Source: Pseudobdellovibrionaceae bacterium
GTDB taxonomy: Bacteria > Bdellovibrionota > Bdellovibrionia > Bdellovibrionales > JAMPXM01
Assembly: GCA_021463345.1 (NCBI GenBank)
Contig: JAJTYM010000008.1
Span: 22,468 to 86,467 of the forward strand
Reading direction: 5' to 3'
Length of the DNA: 64,000 nucleotides
Of this stretch, positions 39,630-48,423 are shown one piece after another. Each line of letters opens with the position of its first letter. Positions within the stretch are counted from its first letter, which is position 1. The translations under genes were made by a program, and so were the position numbers. A model generated the notes under the pieces. It was not told the DNA's origin and searched no databases. It saw only the letters and a list, made by a program, of their open reading frames with translations.

Positions 39630-42350
39630 TTGGGCCGGTTCAAAAAGAGTTTTCGAACGCCTCTGCTCGTGCCTCCGACGCTCAACGCGATGCCTGTTTG
39701 CGTCGCGACCTTCGTCGCGGCGATCGTCTTGGCCGCGCCCTTCGCGCGCGCTCAGTCGCCGACGCCCGCCCCGCAAACGCGGACCGCGAAGCCCGATCCC
39801 CAAGCTGAAGCCGGCAACCGACCGGGGCCCGGCGTTCCCTCGCCGGTCTCGTCCCCGGCTCCGAACACCCAGTCAGGCGGCGCGCGCGAACCGCGAAGGA
39901 ACGTGCGGCGCCCGAGGCCGGCTCCGGCCACGGGATCGGCGGTGAAATCGGCGACGAAGCCGGCCGTTCCGCGCGCCAACGGGCTTCCCCGGGCCGATCT
40001 TCTCGATGAAGCCGGCCAGGCGGCGAAAGCGGCCGGGGCGACGATCCAGCGGGTCCGGATCGAAGGGAACAAAAAGATCGAGACCGACGCGGTGATGGCG
40101 CGCCTGCAGAGCAAACAGGGCGCCCGGCTCGACTTGAACCTCGTTCGCCAGGACGTCGAAGCGCTTTTCAAGACCGGCTACTTCTACGACGTGCGGGTCT
40201 CGCGCGACGCCGTCCCGGGCGCCGGGGATCGCGCCATAGAGCTTGTTTACCGTGTCGTCGAGAAACCCGCGGTCGTGGAGATCCTCTACAACGGCAACGA
40301 CGAGATCGGGGACGACGAACTGCGCGAGACCGCGGGGCTCAAATCGTTCGAGATCCTCAACATGGCGCGCCTGCGGGACGCGACCGAGAAGATGCAGAAG
40401 CTCTACGAGGACAAGGGCTTCTTCCTCGCCAAGATCGCGCCCAAGGTCGAAGACGTCGCCGTCGACGAGACCGTGCGGGTCGTGTTCGACGTCCAGGAGA
40501 ATGAAAAGGTCAAGGTGAAGAGGATCACGATCCTCGGCAACCGCCAACTCGGGGACAACAAGCTCAAGAGCGTGCTCGCGACGCAGGAGGGCGGCTTCTT
40601 CAGCTTCATCTCCGACAGCGGCGCCTATAAGCAGGACGCCTTCGACCGCGACATCCAGCTGCTCAATTACATCTACTTCAACGAAGGGTACGTGCAGGCG
40701 CGCGTCGACCGCCCCCAGGTGTACGTGACGCCCGACAAGAAGGGCATCTACGTCACGATCCGCGTGGAAGAGGGCGATCGATTCAAGGTCGGCCAGGTCG
40801 ACTTCGCCGGCGATCTCCTTTTCGACCGCGATGAACTGCTGGGCTCGATCGACATCGACGCCACCGGCGGCGGCCAGGGCTGGTACGTGCATGAGACGCT
40901 GCTCAAGGACATGCGCAACCTCCAGGCCAAGTACGGCGACCTCGGGTACGCCTACACCAACGTGATCCCGCGCACCCGCGTCCGAGAGAAGGACAAGGAA
41001 GTCGACATCACCTTCGAGATCGACAAGGGCAACAAGGTCTACTTCGGCCGCATCAACACGAGCGGCAACGTGAAGACGCGCGACAAGGTCATCCGCCGCG
41101 AGCTGACGATCAAGGAAGGCGAGCTCTACAACGAGACTCGCAAACGCGAATCGGTCGCCAACGTCCAGCGCCTCGGTTACTTCGACGAGGTGAATTTCAA
41201 CTCGAGCACCCCGCCCGACAGTCCCGACGTGATGAACGTCGACATCGTGGTCAAGGAGCGCAACACGGGCACGATCCAGGTGGGGGCGGGTTACTCGACG
41301 TACTCGCAGTTCATCTTCCAGGGCCAGATCAACCAGATCAACCTCTTCGGCCGCGGCCAGAGGCTGGGTCTCTCGATCGACTTGAGCAGGGACCAGTCGC
41401 TCTTCAACCTGAATTTCACCGAACCTTACTTCCTCGACACGGAATGGACGGTCGGCTTCGACGCGTACCAGAGCCGCCGGACGGCGCCCGAGTACCGTGA
41501 AGAGAAGAAGGGGGGAGCGTTGCGCGTCGGCCATCCGCTGGCTCCGTTCCTGCGCGGGTACTTCCGGTACAAGCTGGACGAGACGCGCATCTCGGACCCT
41601 TCGCCGGACGACCCGCTCGACCGCGACTTGTTCCCGCCGGAAACCGCTAACGGATGGACGTCGTCGGGCACGTTCACGCTCGAGTACGACAAACGCAACG
41701 ACCGCTTCGCCCCGACCGACGGGGTTTTCTCGAGCGCGTCGATGGAATACGCGGGTCTGGGAGGGGGCGACAACCGTTATACGGTTGGCCGCGTCACGGG
41801 CCGCATCTATAAAAAAGTCTGGTGGGAGTTCGTTTTCCGCAACAACTTGAGTTACGCCTTCATCCGGTCCAACGAGGGCGACGACAGCAGCATTCCGTTC
41901 AACGAACTGTTCTCGCTCGGCGGCGCCAACAGCCTGCGCGGTTACGATTGGTACTCGATCGGCAAAAAGCGTTTCTCTCGCAAGGTGTTCTGCCGCGAGG
42001 TCAACGCCGCCGACGCGCGCTGCCCGGGCGGGCCCACGGGCGGAACCCTCTCGACCGCCGAGGCCGAGGGACTCGCGTGGGTCACGTACGGCGGCACGCA
42101 GCAGTTGTTCTACCAAGCGGAAATCGAGTTCCCGTTGATTTCGGAGGCGGGCATCAAGGGCGTGGTCTTCTTCGATGTCGGCGACGCCAACGATACGCTG
42201 CGCTTGAGCGATTTGCGCTCGGACGTCGGGTTCGGTTTCCGCTGGTTCTCGCCGATCGGCCCGCTCAGGTTCGAATGGGGTTTCCCGATCGATCGTCAGC
42301 CGGGCGAGGCGGCGAGCAACTTCCAATTCGCGATCGGTGCGCCGTTCTGA
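39630..42350 (+). CDS. bamA: Outer membrane protein assembly factor BamA
   Basis: A signal peptide is followed by a Pro-rich linker, POTRA repeats (IQRVRIEGNKKIETDAV...) and a C-terminal Omp85 barrel ending ...FQFAIGAPF. The start is TTG at 39630 or ATG at 39690. Confidence 0.92.
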   Translation: MGRFKKSFRTPLLVPPTLNAMPVCVATFVAAIVLAAPFARAQSPTPAPQTRTAKPDPQAEAGNRPGPGVPSPVSSPAPNTQSGGAREPRRNVRRPRPAPATGSAVKSATKPAVPRANGLPRADLLDEAGQAAKAAGATIQRVRIEGNKKIETDAVMARLQSKQGARLDLNLVRQDVEALFKTGYFYDVRVSRDAVPGAGDRAIELVYRVVEKPAVVEILYNGNDEIGDDELRETAGLKSFEILNMARLRDATEKMQKLYEDKGFFLAKIAPKVEDVAVDETVRVVFDVQENEKVKVKRITILGNRQLGDNKLKSVLATQEGGFFSFISDSGAYKQDAFDRDIQLLNYIYFNEGYVQARVDRPQVYVTPDKKGIYVTIRVEEGDRFKVGQVDFAGDLLFDRDELLGSIDIDATGGGQGWYVHETLLKDMRNLQAKYGDLGYAYTNVIPRTRVREKDKEVDITFEIDKGNKVYFGRINTSGNVKTRDKVIRRELTIKEGELYNETRKRESVANVQRLGYFDEVNFNSSTPPDSPDVMNVDIVVKERNTGTIQVGAGYSTYSQFIFQGQINQINLFGRGQRLGLSIDLSRDQSLFNLNFTEPYFLDTEWTVGFDAYQSRRTAPEYREEKKGGALRVGHPLAPFLRGYFRYKLDETRISDPSPDDPLDRDLFPPETANGWTSSGTFTLEYDKRNDRFAPTDGVFSSASMEYAGLGGGDNRYTVGRVTGRIYKKVWWEFVFRNNLSYAFIRSNEGDDSSIPFNELFSLGGANSLRGYDWYSIGKKRFSRKVFCREVNAADARCPGGPTGGTLSTAEAEGLAWVTYGGTQQLFYQAEIEFPLISEAGIKGVVFFDVGDANDTLRLSDLRSDVGFGFRWFSPIGPLRFEWGFPIDRQPGEAASNFQFAIGAPF

Positions 42351-42464
42351 TGGGGCGGGCTCGAGCGGCGATGGCGCGTTTTTCAGCAACGGACGTTTTC
42401 AGCGAGGAATGCCAAGATGGATATCAAGATGAACGCAATGGGATACAATGAGGGAGTTAGGACA

Positions 42465-43007
42465 ATGAACATGAAGCGGATTCTCCAGGCCTCCATTCTC
42501 CGGACCGTTCTGGTCGCGGGTCTTCTCGCGGGCGGTGGTTCCGTGGCTCAGGCCGCGGACGTCAAGATCGGGTACATCGACATCCAGAAGGCGATCCAGG
42601 AGACGTCGACCGGGAAGAAGGCGAAAAAGGAACTCGAGAAGGAGTTCAACGCCAAAAAAGAGGAGCTGGGGAAAAGAGAAGCGAACATCAAGAAAATGCA
42701 GGAAGACTTCGAGAAAAAGAAGAGCGTCCTCGCCGAGGAAGCCAAGCAGGCGAAGGCCGCCGAGCTCCAGGGAGAGATGATGAAATACCGCGATCTCCTC
42801 GGCCAAAGCCAGCTCAACATCCAAAAGAAGGAGCAGGAGCTCACCAAGCCGATCCTGGACAAGCTCCAGGAGGTCATCGACAAAGTCGCAAAAGACGGCG
42901 GCTACACGATGATCCTCGAGAAATCCGAACAGAGCGTGATCTGGGCGAAGAAAGAGATCGACCTCACCGACACGGTCGTGAAGGCGTTTGAGAAAACAGC
43001 GAAGTGA
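42465..43007 (+). CDS. skp: Periplasmic chaperone Skp (OmpH)
   Basis: It has a signal peptide, KIGYIDIQKAI and a long K/E-rich coiled coil. It sits in the conserved position after bamA. Confidence 0.85.
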   Translation: MNMKRILQASILRTVLVAGLLAGGGSVAQAADVKIGYIDIQKAIQETSTGKKAKKELEKEFNAKKEELGKREANIKKMQEDFEKKKSVLAEEAKQAKAAELQGEMMKYRDLLGQSQLNIQKKEQELTKPILDKLQEVIDKVAKDGGYTMILEKSEQSVIWAKKEIDLTDTVVKAFEKTAK

Positions 43008-43022
43008 TTCCGGACGGAGTGA

Positions 43023-43502
43023 ATGATGGAGAGCCAGCCGTACCTGAGCCCTTTTGACATCATGCGGATGCTCCCGCACCGCTTCCCGTTCCTCCTGGTG
43101 GACCGGGTGGAGGAGTTCGTTCCGGGGCCGGGACCCAACCGCGCCGGCTCGCGGATCCGGGCGACGAAGAACGTGACGTTCAACGAGCCGTTCTTCCCCG
43201 GGCATTTCCCGCATCGCCCGGTCATGCCGGGCGTCCTGTTGATCGAGGCCATGGCGCAGGTCGCGGCGCTCGCGTGCGTCGAGAAGGACGGCCCGCGGAT
43301 GGACGTCGCGATCGCCGGCGTCGACGGCGCCCGTTTTCGCCAACCGGTCCTCCCGGGCGATACGTTGGAGATCACGGCCGAATGCATGAAAGACCGCGGG
43401 CAGATCCTGCAGTTCCGGTGCGAGGCGCGCGTGCGAGGCAAAGTGGTCTCGGAAGTCGAAATCATGGCCAAGATGTTCCCGTTGCGGAGCGAATTGCAGT
43501 AG
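43023..43502 (+). CDS. fabZ: 3-hydroxyacyl-ACP dehydratase FabZ
   Basis: The sequence is LPHRFPFLLVDRV...FFPGHFP..PVMPGVLLIEAMAQ. Confidence 0.95.
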   Translation: MMESQPYLSPFDIMRMLPHRFPFLLVDRVEEFVPGPGPNRAGSRIRATKNVTFNEPFFPGHFPHRPVMPGVLLIEAMAQVAALACVEKDGPRMDVAIAGVDGARFRQPVLPGDTLEITAECMKDRGQILQFRCEARVRGKVVSEVEIMAKMFPLRSELQ

Positions 43503-43524
43503 CCAGAAACGGTAGGGAAGCGAA

Positions 43525-44307
43525 GTGACCATTCATCCTTCCAGCGTCGTCTCCAAGGATGCCGAGATCGGCAAGGGCGTTCATATCGGGCCTTTCTGCG
43601 TGATCGCGGGGCGCACGAGGATCGGAGACGGGACGCGGCTCGAGTCGCACGTCACCGTCGGCAGCGAGTACGGCGTCGTCGAGATCGGCGAGGACAACCG
43701 CATATCGGCTTACGCCGCCGTCGGCGGACCGCCGCAGGACCTCAAATACAAAGGCGAGCCGACGAAATTGGTCATCGGCGACGGCAACGTGATCCGCGAG
43801 CTCGCCACGATCAACATCGGCACCCCGGGCGGCGGCGGGCTCACCAGGATCGGCAACCACAACCTGATCATGTCGTACGCGCACGTCGCGCACGACTGCC
43901 AGGTCGGCGATCATGTCGTGATCGCGAATTCCAGCCAGCTCGCCGGCCACGTGATCCTCGAAGACCACGTCAAGGTCAGCGGCATGTGCGGGTTCGCGCA
44001 GTTCGTGCGCGTCGGCAAATACGCCTACATCGGCGGCGATTCGGCCGTGAACAAAGACATCCTCCCGTACACGATCGCGCAGGGCCGTTTCGCGGTCATG
44101 CGCGCGACGAATCGGATCGGCCTCGAACGCGCGGGCTTTTCGAAAGAGGACATCGAGTCGATCAACCGTGCCGTGCGGATCATCACCAAGGGGACGGGCA
44201 CGGTCGAGGAGAGCCTGGAGCGCATCCGCCAGGAATGCAAGATGACGCCGGCGATGGATTTTTTCGTCCGCTTCTTCAAGGCGTCCGCCAAAGGCGTCGC
44301 CAAATAA
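43525..44307 (+). CDS. lpxA: Acyl-ACP--UDP-N-acetylglucosamine O-acyltransferase
   Basis: 260 aa with left-handed beta-helix hexapeptide repeats and a C-terminal helical domain (IGLERAGFSKEDI). Confidence 0.92.
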   Translation: MTIHPSSVVSKDAEIGKGVHIGPFCVIAGRTRIGDGTRLESHVTVGSEYGVVEIGEDNRISAYAAVGGPPQDLKYKGEPTKLVIGDGNVIRELATINIGTPGGGGLTRIGNHNLIMSYAHVAHDCQVGDHVVIANSSQLAGHVILEDHVKVSGMCGFAQFVRVGKYAYIGGDSAVNKDILPYTIAQGRFAVMRATNRIGLERAGFSKEDIESINRAVRIITKGTGTVEESLERIRQECKMTPAMDFFVRFFKASAKGVAK

Positions 44308-44332
44308 GCGCCGCGTGACGGCTGGAGGGCAA

Positions 44333-45283
44333 ATGGGCAAAGTCCGCTGCGCCGTCGTCGGGGTCGGGTACCTCGGCCGGTTCCACGCGCAGAAGTACAA
44401 AGCGATCGAGGAGGCCGAATTGGTCGGCGTCTGCGACGCGTCCGCCGAGCGCGCCCGGGCGGTGGCCCTGGAGCTGGGCGTGCGGGCGTTCCCGGACCAT
44501 CGCGAGCTGATCGGAGAGGTCGACGCCGTGACGATAGCGGCGAGCACGCGGGCCCATTTCGAGCTGGCGAAATTCTTCCTGAGCCAAGGCGTGCACGTGA
44601 ACGTCGAAAAGCCGATGACGTCGACCGTCGCCGAAGCCGAGGAGCTTGTGCGCATCGCCAAGGAGAAGGACCTGCGGCTGCAGGTCGGGCACGTCGAGCG
44701 CTTCAACCCGGCGCTCGAGGCCGCCCGCGGCAAGCTCGAGATGCCGCTCTTCATCGAGTGCCATCGCCTGGCGCCGTTCAAGCCGCGCGGAGTGGACGTC
44801 GACGTCGTTCTCGACCTCATGATCCACGATCTCGACGTGATCCTGAGCCTGGTGAAGTCGCCGGTGAAATCGGTCTCCGCCGTCGGCGCCCCCGTTCTCA
44901 CCCCGCTCGTCGACATCGCCAACGCCCGGGTCGAGTTCGAGTCGGGCACCGTGGCCAACGTCACCTCGAGCCGTGTTTCGCAGAACGCGACCCGCAAGTT
45001 CCGCGTTTTCCAGCGGCGGCAGTACCTGTCGATCGATTTCGGCACCGGCGAGGTGAACCTGACGACCAAGACCGGGGAGTGGGAGGGGGAGAATCCGCCG
45101 TTCGAACTCGAGAGCTGGAGCCTTGAAAAAGGCGACGCGCTCCTCGCCGAGACGCGCGCGTTCATCGAGGCGATCCGCGGGAACAAGCCGTGCGTCGTCT
45201 CGGGCCAGGACGGACTCGTGGCGATGGCGCTCGCCGAACGCGTGCGCGACGACATCCACAAACGGCTGCGAACGTTCAAGTGA
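44333..45283 (+). CDS. Gfo/Idh/MocA family NAD-dependent oxidoreductase, positional candidate for a GnnA-like UDP-GlcNAc 3-dehydrogenase
   Basis: The Rossmann N-terminus is VRCAVVGVGYLGRFHAQKY, followed by the EKP motif (VNVEKPM). It lies between lpxA and lpxB. The specific function is inference from position only. Confidence 0.75.
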   Translation: MGKVRCAVVGVGYLGRFHAQKYKAIEEAELVGVCDASAERARAVALELGVRAFPDHRELIGEVDAVTIAASTRAHFELAKFFLSQGVHVNVEKPMTSTVAEAEELVRIAKEKDLRLQVGHVERFNPALEAARGKLEMPLFIECHRLAPFKPRGVDVDVVLDLMIHDLDVILSLVKSPVKSVSAVGAPVLTPLVDIANARVEFESGTVANVTSSRVSQNATRKFRVFQRRQYLSIDFGTGEVNLTTKTGEWEGENPPFELESWSLEKGDALLAETRAFIEAIRGNKPCVVSGQDGLVAMALAERVRDDIHKRLRTFK

Positions 45284-45294
45284 GGGATGGGCCC

Positions 45295-46458
45295 GTGTCC
45301 GATTCGGTTCTTATCGTCGCCGCCGAAGCTTCCAGCAGCCTGTACGCCCAGCGCCTGCTCGAGACCTGGGACGCGGGCGGGACGGACGTGAAGGCGTTCG
45401 GCATCGGCAGCCGCGACATGGAAAAGCTCGGTTTCGAATGCCTGGGCCGTTCGGAGGACCTCGCGGTCGTCGGCTTGCAGGAAGTGCTCGCGCACATCTC
45501 CGACATCCGGGACGTCTTCCACGAGATCGTCGCTGAGGCGGAGCGGCGCAAGCCCAGGTTCGCGTTGCTCCTCGATTACCCGGATTTCAATTTCCGCCTC
45601 GCCAAGCGCCTCAAGGCGCTCGGTGTTCCGGTCGTTTACTACATTTCCCCGCAGATCTGGGCGTGGCGCAAGGGTCGCATCCGGCTCGTGCGCAAGTACG
45701 TCGACCGCATGCTGGTGCTCTTCCCCTTCGAGAAAGGGTTTTACGAAAAACACGGCGTTCCGGTCGACTTCGTCGGCCATCCGGCGCTCGATGAGATCGC
45801 AGACTCGCTTTTCGACGAGAAAGCGCTCGCCGAACGCCGCCGCCGGCTCGGGATCGGGCCGGGCGACATCGTGCTCGCGCTCATGCCCGGGAGCCGCCGC
45901 TCGGAGATCAAGCATCACTTGCGGGTGCAGCTCGAGACCGCTTCGCTCGTCGTCGCGCGGGCCCCGAACACCAAGGTCCTCCTCCTGGTTGCGCCCACGC
46001 TCGAGCGCGAAGACTTGCGCGCGCAGATGGGCGCGATCGATGTCCCGATCCAGATCGTCAAGGAACCGCCGATGGACATGATCAGCCTCGCCGACGTCGC
46101 GCTCGTCGCCAGCGGCACGGCCACGTTGATGGTGGGCATGCTCGAAAAACCGATGGTGGTCATGTACCGCATGAACCCGTTCACGGCGTTCCTCGCCAAG
46201 CGTTTGGTCAAGGGCACGCCGTTCTTCGGCATGGTGAACCTCATCATGGGCCGGGAAGTGGTGCCCGAGCTTTTCCAGGAGGCCGCCAATCCCGAGCGCC
46301 TCGCCGCCGAGATCCTCGCGCTCGTGCGCGACCCCGGCAAGCGCGCCAGGGTGAGAGCCGACTTGCGCGAGGTCCGCGGCCGCCTGGGTGAAAAGGGGGC
46401 GACGCGGAAGGTGGCGGAGATCCTCGACCGCTACCTGGGACGGGAGGCGAGGGCATGA
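45295..46458 (+). CDS. lpxB: Lipid-A-disaccharide synthase
   Basis: 387 aa from the GTG at 45295. The sequence is LIVAAEASSSLYAQRLL..., ...YYISPQIWAWRKGR..., ASGTATLM. Confidence 0.9.
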   Translation: MSDSVLIVAAEASSSLYAQRLLETWDAGGTDVKAFGIGSRDMEKLGFECLGRSEDLAVVGLQEVLAHISDIRDVFHEIVAEAERRKPRFALLLDYPDFNFRLAKRLKALGVPVVYYISPQIWAWRKGRIRLVRKYVDRMLVLFPFEKGFYEKHGVPVDFVGHPALDEIADSLFDEKALAERRRRLGIGPGDIVLALMPGSRRSEIKHHLRVQLETASLVVARAPNTKVLLLVAPTLEREDLRAQMGAIDVPIQIVKEPPMDMISLADVALVASGTATLMVGMLEKPMVVMYRMNPFTAFLAKRLVKGTPFFGMVNLIMGREVVPELFQEAANPERLAAEILALVRDPGKRARVRADLREVRGRLGEKGATRKVAEILDRYLGREARA

Positions 46459-47567
46459 GAGGCGAAAAACTCTCGAGATGGCTGCGTCCGCTGGGCTCCG
46501 CTTTCCGCATGGGAGTGGCGGCGCGCAACGGCCTTTACGACAATGGTTGGCTCAGAGCCGAAGACGTCGGCGCGCCGGTCGTCAGCATCGGGAACCTGAC
46601 GACCGGAGGGACCGGGAAAACCCCCATGATCGCCTGGCTCGCCGGTCAGCTCGAGGCGCGAGGGAAGAACCCCGCGGTGATCAGCCGCGGTTACAAGGCG
46701 ATCTTCGAGTCCGAGGCCGGCCGCGTGGACCCGCGTTCGGGAAAACGGCTTTCGCAGCTGGCCAAGCTCTACGGTGACGAACCGACCATGCTCGCCAACC
46801 GCCTGGGCCAGGTGCCCGTGTTCGTCGGGCGCGACAAGGTGACGGTGGCGCGCCTGGCGTTCAGGGAAGCGAAGCCCGACGTCATCCTCGCCGACGATGC
46901 GTTCCAACACCGGCGGCTCAAAAGGCGGTTCGACATCGTCCTGCTCGATGCATCCGAGCCCGGGTGGCATTTCCTGCCGTTGCCGGCGGGGCGCATGCGC
47001 GAGCCCTTTTCGGCTCTCGCGCGGGCGCAGGCGGTCGTGATCACCAAAGTGAACCTCGCCGACCCGGCGCGTGTCGCCCGTCTGCGGGACCTGGCGCGCC
47101 TTGAGCTGGATTCGGCGCTCTTGCCGCCGCTCGTGGAGATGGAGCATCGGATCACGTCTTACCTGTTGCTGGAGGCGTTCCGCGGCGGCGACGCGCGCGG
47201 CACGGCCAAGCGCGGCCCTCCGCGCGCGATGGGGCCGGACGGGTTCAAGGGCGAAAAGGTGGTGCTGTTCTCGGGCATCGCCCGGCCCGAAGGGTTCAAG
47301 CGCCTCGTCGAAACCGAGACCGGGGCGGAAGTGGCCGAGCACGTCGTTTTTCCCGATCACCATTATTTCGGTCCCGGGGATCTCGCCCGCATCGGCGAGG
47401 CCGTCGCGCGTTCCGGCGCTTCCTTCGTGATCTGCACGGAGAAGGACGCCGTCAAGATCGACACCGGTCAAACATGGGTGTGCCCGACGTACGTGGGCCG
47501 CCTTGAAGCGGTCCCTCGCGGGACGTGGGACGGATTCCATGCGAGCCTGGATCGGACGCTTCTTTAA
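46455..47567 (+). CDS. lpxK: Tetraacyldisaccharide 4'-kinase
   Basis: It has the P-loop SIGNLTTGGTGKTP and ISRGY. Its ATG overlaps the lpxB stop. Confidence 0.9.
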   Translation: MRGEKLSRWLRPLGSAFRMGVAARNGLYDNGWLRAEDVGAPVVSIGNLTTGGTGKTPMIAWLAGQLEARGKNPAVISRGYKAIFESEAGRVDPRSGKRLSQLAKLYGDEPTMLANRLGQVPVFVGRDKVTVARLAFREAKPDVILADDAFQHRRLKRRFDIVLLDASEPGWHFLPLPAGRMREPFSALARAQAVVITKVNLADPARVARLRDLARLELDSALLPPLVEMEHRITSYLLLEAFRGGDARGTAKRGPPRAMGPDGFKGEKVVLFSGIARPEGFKRLVETETGAEVAEHVVFPDHHYFGPGDLARIGEAVARSGASFVICTEKDAVKIDTGQTWVCPTYVGRLEAVPRGTWDGFHASLDRTLL

Positions 47568-48423
47568 ATTTCTGAGCTTCGTCGTCGCGTCCTTGCCCGA
47601 GGGAGCGAGGACCGCGGTCGGTGACGCGATCGGCGTGCTGTGGTTCGATGTCCTGCGCATCCGCCGGGACGTGGCGCTTGAAAACCTGCGTCTGGCGTTC
47701 CCGGAATGGAGCGAGGCCGAGCGCGTGAGGACGGCCCGCTGGTCGTTGCGCCACATGGGTCGGAACCTGGTCGACTTCGCGCTTTTCCCGTTCTTCGACG
47801 AGCGTGATCTCGATCGTCGATTCGAATTCCGCGGCCGGGAGCATCTCGATGCGGCCCTGGCGCGAGGCAAGGGGGTTTTGTTCCTCGGCCTCCATCTCGG
47901 CAACGGCGACCTCGGCATCGCGGCGGTTTCCCGGGCGGGCTACAAGCTGAACCTGATCTCCAAGCTGTTCAAGACCCGCTGGCTCAACGATCTGTGGTTC
48001 GGGGCGCGGGCGAAGCACGGCACCCGCTTCATCCCCCCGGAAAAGAGCACTTTCGAGATCCTCAGAGCGCTCAAGCGCAACGAGATCGTGATCTTCGTGC
48101 TCGATCAGTTCATGGGGCCGCCGGTGGGGACGAGGACCCGGTTTTTCGGCAAGGAGACCGGGACCGCCTTGGGCCTCGCGCTGATCGAGGACCGGACGGG
48201 CGCTCCGGTGATCCCGTCCTACGCGTACCGCCGTCCCGACGGGCGGCATGTCGTCGTTTTCGAGCCCGCCATGGCTGTTTCGGCCGCGCCCGACGAAAGC
48301 CTAAGGGGAGAAAACATCGCTCGAAGGACGCAAGCCTACACTGATAAACTGGAAACCATCGTACGCCTGCACCCCGAACAATGGATGTGGATCCACCGCC
48401 GATGGAAAGAGTTTCGTGACTGA
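47539..48423 (+). CDS. Lipid A biosynthesis late acyltransferase (LpxL/HtrB family)
   Basis: It has an N-terminal anchor and an HLGNGD motif (the HX4D-type of lysophospholipid acyltransferases). It overlaps the lpxK 3' end. Confidence 0.8.
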   Translation: MRAWIGRFFKFLSFVVASLPEGARTAVGDAIGVLWFDVLRIRRDVALENLRLAFPEWSEAERVRTARWSLRHMGRNLVDFALFPFFDERDLDRRFEFRGREHLDAALARGKGVLFLGLHLGNGDLGIAAVSRAGYKLNLISKLFKTRWLNDLWFGARAKHGTRFIPPEKSTFEILRALKRNEIVIFVLDQFMGPPVGTRTRFFGKETGTALGLALIEDRTGAPVIPSYAYRRPDGRHVVVFEPAMAVSAAPDESLRGENIARRTQAYTDKLETIVRLHPEQWMWIHRRWKEFRD

